A stretch of DNA of 64,000 nucleotides, taken from NCBI GenBank assembly GCA_002269645.1, contig NIVC01000850.1:124001-188000 (forward strand), written 5' to 3'. Positions 47,761 to 60,277 of the stretch are shown piece by piece. Positions within the stretch are counted from its first letter, which is position 1. Each line of letters begins with the position of its first letter. The position numbers and the translations under genes were made by a program. The DNA is from Macrostomum lignano (taxonomy: Eukaryota). A model generated the notes under the pieces. It was given only the letters and a program-made list of their open reading frames with translations. It was not told the DNA's origin and made no database searches.

Positions 47761-48113
47761 CAAGGGTCAGCAAACGCCGGCCTTCAAAGCCTCTCTATCC
47801 AGACCTTGGGGTCTTTTGAAACTTCACGATGGCTATCCCACCTGCTTAAGGTTTGTGTCTTGTCTTACCTACTCTTTTTTGTCTCCTCTCCTCTACTCTC
47901 TCCTTTTTGTCCCTTCTCCTCTCCCCTCTCTTATATCATCACTCCTATACTCTTGTCTCCTCTCTTCTTTATTCTTTCACCTCTCTTTTCTCTAATCTCT
48001 CTTTTCTCTAATCTCTCTTCTCTATTCCCTCTCCTCTTTCTTCCTCATCTGGCCCGCAGTCATGCGCTAGTCTCTATCTAGCCCTTAAGGCAACAAAGTT
48101 TGCTAACCCCTTA
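47761..48113. mobile_element. hAT(Charlie)-like MITE with an internal CT/GA-rich tract
   Basis: Ends CAAGGGTCAGCAAAC... and ...AAGTTTGCTAACCCCTTA resemble CAGGGGTCGGCAAACT-type TIRs; related ends at ~39785-39832 and 63938-64000; no clean TSD seen. Confidence 0.55.
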
Positions 48114-49269
48114 TGTAAAGAATCCTTTGGAATAGGTATTATTAGATAAGCAAAGTGCTTAATTCTTAATTTAAATGTTTTCAAAAGCATAACTAGGTGA
48201 TAGAAAAAATATAGTTTTAGTAGAAAAGAATTCAAAACTTTATAGAAATAGCAAAATTTAGAAATTTGCAATATTAAATATCAAAGATAATCCTATGATA
48301 ATAACATATATCTCTTTTATATGCTTATGTATAACTACTTTATAACATGAAATTTAGCCTAGTGAAGTTAATGGTAGACTTGTGAATAAAAGGCTAGGGG
48401 TAGATTCTTTAACATACTTAAAATAGTTTTTATCCTCAAGCAAGAACTTACTAAAGCAAGTCAAATGTAAGGAGCTACAATCTAGTCAAACTTAAAAATT
48501 TAACAATAATCAATAAAAACTAACTATATAACTTTCAATAGTATGATTATAAGATGTTCTAGCAATTAATTATAAGATGTTCTAGTATATTGAAAGTAAT
48601 GGTAAGAGGGCAGCTGCTATTGTACTTTCATTTACAGTTTACAAAATTGATGTTTCTAAGAATCATGATTTCCTTTACTTCAGATACATAGACCTATCCT
48701 TGCCATCTATCTGTGTGAGACTAGTTAGCAAAAAGGTTATTAGGAGTTAGGAATCCTCTGAGAGCTAAACTTAGACATGCTCAAGCATGGACAATTTTAG
48801 TCAGTGCCAAGACTGTGCCACTTAGGCCATTTGCAACCATTGAGTCCTGTCAATTAGACATTGAAATCTCTGAGACTAGTTGATAACTGTTCTAGCATTA
48901 TTTATTTGCATAGGACCCAAACAGGGCCTTTCATTGTGGATTTTATGGTACTTACACTGATAGCAACCTTTAATTTTAGATTTTTTCCTAGTTTTAGTCC
49001 TCATACACATCCTTGATAAGGTTGCTTTGGGCATCAGCAGTCCCTATCAACCCTGCAATAATAGTGAAAGCCAAACCCAAAAGCACAATACTAGTGGCAG
49101 CAGTAGAATAGACACCAAGGCCCTGAGCAACCAACTAGCCAGTACTATAGTGGTGGCAGCAGTGGGATTCTTGGCAATTTCATCATTGCCCATACAAGCA
49201 ACCAAGATCTAAAACATGTCAGTGGTAACAATGGTGGGATACAAACCAAACAACTAAAAAACCAAAACC

Positions 49270-49500
49270 TACAGTACATCACAAGCATATTCAATGGCAC
49301 AATGCAGCTCTGCAAATATTTTGTAGTAGATTCTTTTTTCAAATACTGCATTTTAGAAATCCAAGACATTCTTGATGGGATTTATATCTAGGGACTAGAA
49401 AGGTCAACAGAGTGCATAGCTGTATCATTAGCTTACAATAATAGCATGATCACCTTAGACAATCCCAAATTAGCAATGCACTCCAGGTGTACCATAAGAA
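49270..49500 (-). pseudogene. Highly decayed Tc1/mariner transposase relic
   Basis: Minus frame with stops F*SLDINPIKNVLDF*...RIYYKIFAELHCAIEYACD resembles the WP.QSPDLNPIEN.W...EL..AI..AW C-terminus. Confidence 0.35.
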
Positions 49501-49766
49501 GCACTTGTAATAAGTGAGTAAAATGTATCCCACTTGGAGGAAAAAACTTGACTGTTGCCGAGTATATTATACCAAATCTGAAATTTAAAACTAAACCTAC
49601 CTTAGTAAGTTTCAAAAATGGCTAGCTAGTCTAATAGATAATTAATTTCTTTTTCTTTCTGTAATCAATATAGTTTTTCATATTAAAAGTTGTTTTATAG
49701 TTGAAGACAATAAAAAAGTCAAAAATTTGTAAACAATGTTATAATATATTATTATATATTATTATA

Positions 49767-50320
49767 TCTTATATCTAAAGCTGAGTGGGTCGATCGATCG
49801 ATCAATCAACCGGCCGGGTTTAACGTGTATCTCCTCCTAGATGGCTGGCAACTCAAATGCGGGACTTATATATATCAATGCAGAATTTTCCTAAACAACA
49901 AATAGGCTATTTTAATGTTAAAAAATTAAAAGTTAAGTCCATTAAAAAAGCAGAAAACTGTTTTCTTAACCTTCTTTGGCCACTTTGCCTCTTCAGTGGA
50001 GGGGTAGTGGCATAAATTGTAAAAACAACCTCCCCAACCTCCCCCCGCGGGCCGCTGTGTATTGGAAGGGTGGGTGATGTGTGTTCTGGGTTCAATGCAA
50101 ATAAAACCCCGCGTGTTTGGGGTGCAGTTAAATTTAATGATTTCCCCGGCACGGGGGTTGCTTTTGGCTGAGTGTACATAGCAGTTGTACAGTGTAAACA
50201 GATAGATAGGATAGGACTGTGTCGAGATTCAATTGGTTTTATTATTGGCGCCTTTTTCCATAGGCAGCCCTGTGTATTAGCTTGGCAGTTGGCAGTGAAT
50301 AAACTTGCGAGCTTCTCTAG
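49767..50320 (+). mobile_element. Possible non-autonomous Helitron (5' end recognisable, 3' end uncertain)
   Basis: A|TCTTATATCTAAAGCTGAG followed by a (GATC)n microsatellite, typical of Lep1-type Helitron 5' ends; candidate CTAG ends at 50317-50320 or 50584-50587 lack the expected following T. Confidence 0.3.
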
Positions 50321-50989
50321 CAAACAGTCAGAAATCGGTAAATTTCAAACGCTAACTGTTCCTCGAGTTTTAAACTTTGAGAGGAGAGGCTTATATTTCT
50401 GGAAAGATCTTGCAACCTGAGTTCGGGGATATAAGTTGTTTGCTTTAAATATAAAAACTAAAAGCTCTGCATTGGGAAAACTATTTTCATACTTTTTACT
50501 TTTTGCAAAGATTGTACTCATTTTGGGGTTCAATGGGGGTTCGATTCGACGGACCCCCCCCCAACAGTTGGGCGGTTCAATTTCTAGCTGCCACTGCGTA
50601 TTGGAAGGGGGTCGGTCGCTGTGTATTGGACAGTTGATTTAGATTGCACAATCTTTTTGTTAACTTTACCTGAGGCTGAGAGTCTGAGACTGATTCTGAC
50701 TGACAGAAATAAACTGCGCAATCAATTATTGATTCAATTAGCTCAATTTTTTATTGGCCCCTTTTAACACGCAGCTGTGCAGCTCCAACCCTAACCCTAA
50801 CAAATTAATCTTGAGAGCTGATTCTTTTTGACGGAGAAAATTTCGATTGAGTCCAGTTTCATAAAGAGAATTTTGATGGTTTCAGAAATTCAGTTTCATG
50901 GAGAGGATTTCGGTTTCGCGGAGAGGATTTCTGTTTCCCTGAGAGAATTTTGATGGATTTGGCATCTTCAGTCAGTCAGAAAAGAGAGT

Positions 50990-51500
50990 AAAGAGAAGAG
51001 AGAAAAGAGAGGAGGGAAGAGATGATAAAAAACAGGCTAGAAATGAGAGAGGAGAGATTAGACATGACAGATGGGAGAAAAGAGGGGAGTAAGGTGGGAA
51101 CGAAGAGGGAGAGAGAAGAAAAAAGGAGGGAAATGAGAGGGAATATATGAGATAGCAGAGGGAGACAGGAGAGATGAGAGGAGAGAGAAGAGAGGAGCTT
51201 AGAGTAGAGGAGAAAGAAAGAGTGAGATGAGAGATGAGGGATGAGAGATGAGATAGGAGAGAAGAAAGAAGAGAGGAGAGAGTAGAAAACAGGGGAGAAA
51301 GGAGACAGGAGAGAGTATAGATGAAAGATGAGGGAGAAGAGATAAATAAGGTGGTAGAGATGAGAGAAGTGAGAGGAGAGAGAAGCGAGAGAAGGGAGAG
51401 AGGAGAGATGAGAGAATTAAGAGAAGAAAGTAGTGAGGAGAAGAGAGATAAGAGATGCGATGAGAAGAGAAGAGAGAAGAGATTAGACAGAAGAAGCTGA
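50990..51500. repeat. GA-rich low-complexity tract
   Basis: Direct inspection. Confidence 0.85.
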
Positions 51501-51771
51501 GTCTGGACAATTGCAGTCAGTTTTTGCGAACAGGGAAAATAAGATATGGTATTTGAAAGGCTTTACAGATGATGGAGATGATTTGGAAAATGGGATTGAA
51601 GTCATGTAGGAATTTCAGCTGATGGATTTCAGGGAATGGAATTCTGGTGATGGGAGTTCTTCCCCTTTCTCCTCCATTGGAGGAGTTGGCCTCGTATTGT
51701 CATATATGCCCAACCTCAAAATTTTGCTTATCTGGTATGACTTAGTTTTGTACAGATTTGCAACTTAGTTC

Positions 51772-54700
51772 TGTTGTGTATGCGGCTTGTACACTGGTTA
51801 GGGTTCTTGCGTTCTGATTGGCTGGGGGTTTTGTCTGTCTGCCCAGATCTGACTAGGCCAAGTGGGGGGTTTGCTGAATCATGCTGGTTAGTAGGTAAAT
51901 TATAATATAAGTGCGCACCAGCCTTTCAAGCCTTTGTTACTTTTCTACCTTGCAATCGCTTCTTGCATCTTATTCATTTGGCTATGCTGCCTCAAGGTAC
52001 AACATGGCGACAAGTCTAAGCATTTCCGAGCCACGCATGTTTCTTGCCCACCCAGGACAGCAACACATGCCTTAAAATTGTTGGATTGAAGGATTCAAGA
52101 TTTACCTGGAGGCCTTGGATCTAAATGAAGCATCAGATGCATGCAAGAAGGCAATTCTCATTCATCTGCTAGGTGAGGAGGGCCAGAGAGTCTACACACT
52201 GAGGAATCTGCCCGCGACAAGCGTTGATACGTTTGACAAGCTGGTGGCTGCACTGAAAACAATCTTTAGTCAGTCATACAGCATGATCAGCAACTGCTAC
52301 AAGTTCAAGTCATGCACCCAGATGCCAGGCGAACCAGTCAGCCAGTTTGTTGATGCCCTCTGAAAACTTGCAGCAGACTGCAAATATGGTGCTCTCCGTG
52401 ACCAAATTATCCGGGACCAGATCATTGAGAAGACCTATTTGCCACATATCTGAGAGTGACTACTCATGGAGAAGGAGCTTGAGCTGGATAGGGCTCGAGC
52501 TCGATGACATTTGTGGTTCAGGTTGAATCTGCAATCAACGACACCAAGAAGCTGTGTGATGGCAAGAGCGACAAGGATGAGTCCCGCATCCAGAAGGTCA
52601 GCCAGCGTACGCCATCATACAAGGGACCCAAGCATGCGGCATCGCAGAAATCCGGCACAGAGACATGGTGCCGCAACTGCGAGAGGGCTGGGTACGCCAC
52701 CTGCGCCTTAGAGTGTCCAGCAAAAGACAAGACCTGCTTGCACTGCCACAAGGTCTGACACTTCAAAGCTTGCTGCCAACAGCGACGCTAGGTTTGCGCC
52801 ATAAAGGACGAAGACAACGAGCCATTTGTATGAATATGAAGTGTTGCTCCTTAACTCCACAACATGCAGCATTGCTGACATCGACGTCAGGCTCCTATTG
52901 GACATGGGCTCAAGAGTCAACATCATTAATGAGAAGACTATGAAATGCCTGCCAAAGCAACCTGTCATCACACTGACTCTGAAGCAGCTGTTCTTGTACA
53001 GAGGCTCCGCAATTGACGTGCTCGAGACTGCAGAGCTGTGCATTGTGCACTGCGGCAAGTCCACCATCTGCCGCTTCTTCATTGCTGAACAAGGTGCCAA
53101 CATCCTCAGTCTCAATGGCATAGACAAGCTGGGATTCTCAATCCGAGCCAATGCAATCAGCAGCATCCATTACATCGCTGGAGAGTTCCCAGGAATCTTT
53201 GATGGCATTGGTATGACCAAGAAGTTTTGCCATCGACCATAGCTGCGCCAGGATGCGACACCGACAGTTGAGCCACTGCGCCGAATGCCGCTGGCATTTC
53301 AGGACCGCGTGAAGGACAAGCTAAGCAAGATGAAGGCTGCAGGTGTCATCGAGAAGACTGATGCCTCTCTCTGGGTTTCCAATCTAGTTGTATCCAAGAA
53401 TGGCGACCTGCAACTATGCATTGATCTGCACAACTGTAACCAAGGGATAAGTTTCCCATGCCAACCCAGGAGGAGCTGGCCGCAGAGTTTGCAGGCGCAC
53501 AGATCTTCAGCAAGCTAGACCTGAAGTCAGAGCTACCTGCAGATCCCACTGCACCCCAGCAGTAGGCAGCTGACTGCATTCATCACTCACTGTGGGCTTT
53601 ACCAGTTCATGAGGGTTCCATTTGACATGTCCAATTCCAGTGCCTGTTTCTAGAAAATCCTGTCAACCATTCTTGCCGACATCAAGGGTGTCTGGCACTT
53701 AGTGGACAACATCGTCATTCACGGCGTCAACTCTGATGAGCATGGCAAGCAGCTTCAGGCAGTACTTGAACATCTTAGTGAAAATGGGCTGACACTGAAC
53801 AAGGAGAAATGCCAGATTGGCATCTTAGAAATTGTGTTCTTGGGCTACAGGATCTCAGCCAATGTAGTTCGACCATCCAAGTCTAACATTGAAGACGTGC
53901 TCTGCATCCCAGCACTGATGACAGCATGGGGCATCTTGTCATTCCTGTCAACTGTCAACTACTTTGCCAAGTTCATACCCAATTTCGCTAAGACAGTGAG
54001 ACCACTGCGAAAGCTGCTCAAGAAGGACACTGTCTTCCACTGGATGAGTGAGTGGGATGCTGCTTTTGCCAAACTCAAGCAACAGCTGACGAGTCTGCTG
54101 GTGCTAAGCCACTTTGAATGCAATGCTGACACAATTGTTGAGTGCAATGCATCTGACTTTGCGCTTGGTGCAGTGCTGCTTCAATGCATAGGCGAGTCAG
54201 AGAAGCCGGTGGCCTACGCCTCGCAAGCACTGACACCAACAGAGTCCAGATACTCAGCTAGCAAGAAAAAGGCCCTGGTGTGTATCTGGGCTCTCAAGCG
54301 CTGGCACATCTACACCTACGGCAGATGGCTGACTTTGCGCACTGACCATTTGGCTCCCAAGGCACTGCTGTGTACCCAAGGCACTGGGCACAAGCCGCTG
54401 CGGATCTACCAATGGAATGACTGGCTCCTGTAGTACAACTTCAGCATTGAGTATAAGCCTGGAAAGGACAATGTTGTGCCAGACTTCCTGCCCCATTTCG
54501 AGCAACCACCCAAGTTGACAGACAGCAACGATAATGACGACAAGATCACCGACATCCACCAGGTGCTAGACGGGATTCTATTGGCCGAGCTGCTGGACAG
54601 GCACTTGCAGCCTGATCCACTCATTTGCAGTGTCTCCACAAAGCTTCAAGCAAACTGGAAGGAGCCACCAACAGATGAGGAGAAAATCTTCAAGCTCTGA

Positions 54701-56217
54701 GACGAGATGTCAATGGTTGGCAACTTCCTGGTTTGCGGCAACTGCGCGGTTGTGCCCAAGAGTCTATGCACCACTGCACTAGCGCTGATCCACTAGGGAC
54801 ATTGTGGCATTGTCAAGATGAAGCACTGAGCTCGCGATATGGTCTGGTGGCCAGGAATCGACACCCAACTGGAGGATCTGGCCAAGTCCTGTGTCAGCTG
54901 CTGCCTGGCAGAGAAGTGGAAGCGACCCGCTGCTCCATTGCAGACAACTGAGTGGACCAAAGAGCTGTTTAGCTAGATTTAGCTGGACATCTTTGGCAAG
55001 ATCCACGAAGCACCAGCCAGCAGCCAATTTGCAATTGTTGCCATTGACCTACACTCCAAGTGGCCAGAGATTTGGACTATGGCTTCAATGACGACCAAGG
55101 TCATCGCCAACTTCCTCAAGGACCTGTTTGCTCGATGGGACTTCCAGGCAAGATCATGACTGACAACGGACCACAGTTCACCAGCTACGCCTTCAAGGAG
55201 TTTCTAGTCAGCTACTGTGTGCAGCATGCGAGGACCTTGCTGTACCATTAGCAGTCAAACTCAAATGTTGAGTGCCTCAACTGCACCCTGAAGGAGTCGC
55301 TAAAGGTGCAACTCAAGGATGGCATCAGCTTCAAGGAAGCAATCTGCAAGTTTCTGCAATGCTACCGGTTGATAGCAAATGCAACCACGGGCCTGACTCC
55401 GGCTGAGCTGATAGTTGGTTGGCCATTTCAAGGACCTCTGAGCCAGTGGAACCGAGGCATCCACCCCCTGATTCCAATGGTGCCATCAGAGACCGAGCAT
55501 CGAGGCCAGGCCAACAAGGAGAAAGCCAGGCTGGCTACCGACCGGCGCTGAGGAGCCCGACCACTGCAGACTGGCAACTCCGTACACATCCGCAGGCCAC
55601 AGAGGGCCAACAAGCTGGCAACAAGGCTTGGCGAGACTCGAATGATTCCCCCGTGGCTGGGCCTGGAATCCTGGCAGCTAGACAGTGGCACGCGATGGCA
55701 CTCTGACAATCTGGTTCACGTTCCGAATACACTATCAGTGGATAGCCACACAACTGATGCCAGACTTAGTGCTCTGATGGCGCCAACACCGGTGCCAGTG
55801 CTAGTGCCGCTGGCAAGGGCGCCAACAAACAAGATGCTGCCAACTCCGCCAAGACAAAGCAGTTGAACCAGAAGAGCTCCGGTCCAGTTCAGCATGAGTT
55901 GATTTGGGAACTGAATAACTTTTGACTGTGCGCACTCTATGGACTGTTGTGTTCCCCATGCATTGCTTTTGTTTGATTTTTGAGGGGGGTGATGTTGTGT
56001 ATGCGGCTTGTATGCCGGTTAGGGTTCTTGCATTTTGATTGGCTGGGGGGGGGGGTTGTCTGTCTGCCCAGACTAGCCTAGGCTAGGTGGGGGTTTGCTG
56101 AATCATGCTGGTTAGTAGGTAAATTTTAATATAAGTGTGCACTAGCCTTTGTTACTTTTCTACCCTGCAATTGCTTCTTGAATTGTAATTCATTTGGCCA
56201 CGCTGCCTCAAAGTACA
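51772..56217 (+). mobile_element. Decayed Gypsy (Mag-like) LTR retrotransposon, both LTRs present, 5-bp TSD AGTTC
   Basis: LTRs 51772-52004 and 55993-56217 (diverged); PBS TGGCGAC; PPT GAGGGGGGTGA; double knuckle C..C...C / C..C.K..HF..C, LLDMGS protease, RT LVDN, RH ECNAS, IN TDNGPQF in PR-RT-RH-IN order; many stops and frameshifts; AGTTC at 51767-71 and 56218-22. Confidence 0.9.
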
Positions 56218-57159
56218 AGTTCCTCTCAATTGCGACTTAATTTTCATTTTGTATTTGACTTTTCTTGCCTTTTTTCTATTCTTCTCTTTTTGTTTCTCTC
56301 TCCTCTTTTTCCTCTATCTTTTTTTCCTTTTTTCTTTTCTTTTCCTCTCCTTTTTTTCTCCCATTTTTTGTATTTTCAATTTTGCAACTTACCTTGGCTA
56401 GTAGCCATTTTACCTCTCTAGTTTGGATGGGTCAGATGGGTATTAGGCATGTATGTATATTGCAGACTTTTGTAATATATAATATCTAGTGTATAATGCA
56501 AAAGGTTAATTAGGCCCCTAAGAATGAAAAAAAGCTATTAATATTAGTATTTATTGTAGCTATTTCTATAATAACTTTTTTTATTTTATTTATTACTCCA
56601 TATTAAACTTGTCTTTTTTATTAGTTTATATCATAGAAAAGCCCAAGATTAATTTTTCAAAGCATTTTAAAAAAGATTATATAATTTGTTATTATCTTTA
56701 CAAAAATTTGGCTTAATATTAGTTTAATTAACTTTTTATTAAAGTTTTTCTATTAAAATTTTGTGTTTTTAATGATAAAATATTTTTTATTTTATATAAC
56801 TTTTTTAAAACAATTATTAGAGCCTATTCATTCAAAAATTGATCAATAAACCAAAGGGTGAAAGGTCTAGTATTGCCATTAAAACTGGGTCTACTTTAGT
56901 ACTTTTGTTTATTATATTACTTGGTTGGGGCTTACAAAAGTGACTAGGCCCCTATCATGATTTTAGGGGCCTAATAGTAATAATAATCACAGAAATTATT
57001 ACTTATTATTACTTTAATTATTTAGTCATAAAAATCAAATATGATAATAGGCCTAATCTGCACAATAGATACATCCATTAAGACTTAATAGATAGGCCTA
57101 GCCTAGGCCTAGTAGAAATATATAATATGTAATTTTACCTATTTATAATGCCTTAGAAC

Positions 57160-58653
57160 TGTTGTGTATGTGTGCATATGCATGTGTGTGACACTGAAGC
57201 TTGGGCTATACTCGTATGAATATTACTGTCTATGTTATAAATACACGTGACGGCCTAGAGAGACGGCCACGCCCTCTGAGCTTTATTTTCATCAGACCGC
57301 GCGCTATAGAAGATATAACCCTCTCGGCTTCGCGATATATAACATGGCGTCGCAAGCAAGATGACTTTCTATTGAAAGAGAGAGCCAGAATGACTTTCTA
57401 TTGGCCGGGAATCGACAACGATATAGAAATGTCAGCCAGGAAGTGTATCCCGTGCCAAGAGACTTTGCCTAGTCAAGTAAAGGAGCCGATGGTTGTGAGA
57501 AAGGAACCGGAACGCGTCTTTCAAGAAGTCCATGCCGACTTGTTTCAATTTGCTGGGAAGATGTTCCTGGTGACTGTGGACGGAAAGTCTGGTTGGCCAA
57601 CACTAGACTACTTCGGAACTGATGCCTCAACGTACAAGGTGATCAACGTGCTGCGAAGACATTTCTGTGAGAAGGGCGCGCCGGAGGTGTTATGGTCAGA
57701 CAATGGACCGCAATTCACAGCCAAGCCATTTCTGGGATTCCTGCGTCGTTGGAATGTGGAGCAGAGGACATCATCCCCCACGTACGCTCAGAGCAATGGG
57801 CGAGCGGAGGCAGCCGTCAAGGCAATGAAAAAGCTGGTGCGTGGAAATTGGAATCACGGAGCCAGAGAGCCGAACTGGGACGATCTCTGCCAGGGGATAC
57901 TTATGTACTGCAACACTCCGCGATACAACGGCAGATCACCAGCACAGATGGTGTTCGGTCACAAGGTTCGCGATACCCTGCCAATTCACCGGAGAGCGTT
58001 CGCCAAGGAATGGCAAGCAGCAGCAGATGAGGTGGACAACAGGGCAGCGGAGAAGAGGGAGAGGATGGAGATGTACTACAATAGAGCAGCTCACCAACTC
58101 CCAGCCTTGCGAGTGCGAGACAGAGTTGCAGTGCAGGACGCCCAGACCAAGCGATGGGACAAATACGGCATGGTGGTCGAGCTAATGAAAAACAACGACT
58201 TTCTAGTCAAGCTGACCAGCGGCCGGGTTCTTCGGAGAAACCGAAAGTTCCTACGGAGAAGGTTTCCAGTACATGTGGCGGAAGCTTGCTACCAGCCCAA
58301 TACTGGCCCTGCGGACTCGCAAGGTACGAATGGAGCCAGAGGGCCGGAAGGACGATCAAGACCGTGGCATACGAGAAACCGTCGGCCACCCAACAGGCTT
58401 CAGATTGACCCCCGCAAAAGTTCGTACGACTGACTGACAAGAAGTCACATTGTAACTGAAGGGGGAGGTGTTGTGTATGTGTGCATATGCATGTGTGTGA
58501 CACTGAAGCTTGGGCTATACTCGTATGAATATTACTGTCTATGTTATAAATACACGTGATGGCCTAGAGAGACGGCCACGCCCTCTGAGCTTTATTTTCA
58601 TCAGACCGCGCGCTATAGAAGATATAACCCTCTCGGCTTCGCGATATATAACA
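57160..58653 (+). mobile_element. Young 1494-bp LTR element encoding only a Gypsy-type integrase, 5-bp TSD AGAAC
   Basis: 185-bp LTRs 57160-57344 and 58469-58653 differ at 1 position; PBS TGGCGTCGC; PPT AAGGGGGAGG; TSD 57155-59 and 58654-58; no gag/PR/RT/RH. Confidence 0.92.
57390..58433 (+). CDS. Gypsy-type integrase (347 aa from the first in-frame ATG), DDE intact
   Basis: FYWPGI...CIPC, VHADLF (D), WSDNGPQF (D), SNGRAEAAVK (E), C-terminal RVAVQD...RW..G.VV; the HH half of the zinc-binding domain is missing. Confidence 0.8.
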   Translation: MTFYWPGIDNDIEMSARKCIPCQETLPSQVKEPMVVRKEPERVFQEVHADLFQFAGKMFLVTVDGKSGWPTLDYFGTDASTYKVINVLRRHFCEKGAPEVLWSDNGPQFTAKPFLGFLRRWNVEQRTSSPTYAQSNGRAEAAVKAMKKLVRGNWNHGAREPNWDDLCQGILMYCNTPRYNGRSPAQMVFGHKVRDTLPIHRRAFAKEWQAAADEVDNRAAEKRERMEMYYNRAAHQLPALRVRDRVAVQDAQTKRWDKYGMVVELMKNNDFLVKLTSGRVLRRNRKFLRRRFPVHVAEACYQPNTGPADSQGTNGARGPEGRSRPWHTRNRRPPNRLQIDPRKSSYD

Positions 58654-59792
58654 AGAACAATAAAAACATACAAGTTTTTGGACCCTACAAAGTCTAATGG
58701 CCTCAAAATTCCAACATAGAACTTTTCCCACTAGGCACATACACATACAAAAAGAGGATAATCACAGACCTTACAAAAATTTAAGAAAGTAGAAGAGATC
58801 AATAAAATATGTTAAGTTAACACTTTACCTCCTACCTATAAATTCAAATAGGCCTAAAGTATTTTTGTCAAATTTGTGGTAGTTGGCACTGCATTGTTGG
58901 CACTGAGTCCCAATGGCATTTTCATTACTTTGCAAGTTTGCCCCTCCTGACCCTAGCCAAGCCAATGCTCGTTACTCCTACGTCTCCTATCAGCATCAAT
59001 CGTTATTAACAGTTAGTCGGGTCGGGGCAGGGCCTATAAATAGATCGCTGTCCATCTTCAGAGATTAGGCAAGCGCGGCTAATCCGCATCGCATCGCGCA
59101 TATGCCTAGCATAAGCATGATAAGTTTCCTTTCCTTCTGTCGTCATCGTGTCAGAATCAGAGTATTTAAGATTTTGGCAATTAATATATTTTACTGACCA
59201 ATCAGAGTTCCACTATTACACAACCACCATAGTCGCAAGCTTCCCTTTCAATTAATAAGGTGGTGTAGGTGACTATGCCCCCCTGATTCACCGGTATTCC
59301 ACTCACGAAGTTGCATGTGCAATGCATGCAGTTCGCAAGAGCGCGTGTCCGACTTGAATTTTTTTCTGCGAAACTACCATTTATTAAAACATCAGAAACA
59401 AATAACTGTACTTATATCTCATAAAAAGAAAAGTTTAAAAACTTTGTGTTCTTTTTCATTTTATTCACATTAACTTTGTAAAATATTTTATGGTTCTTTT
59501 AGAAATTTTCTATTGGGTGTGACACTTCTCTTTCAAAAATTCAACGTGGGTTTTTTGAACATTTATTAAGTCTGTAGACAAGCCCATGGATGATTACAGA
59601 TACTGAAACTAAAATAGTGAAGAAGACTCTTTACTAGGAAAAAGGCTGTAGGCCTATTTAAATTTTTTGCTTTTTAAACTCAACCGCTAATAGTTTTAAG
59701 AGAAACGATCCAAGAGTTAATATATTCTATCCTAACTTGTATGCTACTCATTATTTATTTTATTAATTATTTAAAGCATCTGAAATCTTAAA

Positions 59793-59858
59793 ATGACAAG
59801 TAATGTCAGTGACTTGCTTCCGGAGCAAATGGATGAGCTGGTTGCTACTTTTGAAACT
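59793..59858 (+). CDS. PLS: Plastin/fimbrin, first coding exon
   Basis: ATG...MTSNVSDLLPEQMDELVATFET|gtaagt; phase-0 join to LDSNGNG completes EF-hand 1. Confidence 0.75.
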
Positions 59859-60277
59859 GTAAGTTCAAGATTTTCTGTGTTGTCTCATTTATTACATTTT
59901 TATAAATAGACCTACTAGCACAATACTACTTTCTACTTATATAACTAAAAAGGCAAGCATGTAAGTGGCTATCAAAAATGCTTAATAAATTGCATTGTTT
60001 AGCTCCTTTACTTGGTTATGTTCATGTTCATCTTTATTGATTTGTTATTTTCATATGTACTGTCTTATTTTGAAACTTAGTTTCTAGATAAAATTTAACT
60101 TACCAAGATTATGAAATTAGCCATATAATGACCTACCCCTAAGCTTTACAATAAAAAATTTTATTTACTTATATATTTATTTATCTTTAGTCATATTATT
60201 ACACTCTGCTCATAAACGCTTTGAATTTTGTGTAATCTTATTGATTCTTTTAGTACAATGGTATTAGTCAATGTATT

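Noticed and set aside
57201-57389. N-terminal 63 aa of the 410-aa ORF
   Set aside because: Read-through of LTR sequence from a TTG (repeated in the 3' LTR ORF at 58510); the integrase likely starts at ATG 57390.
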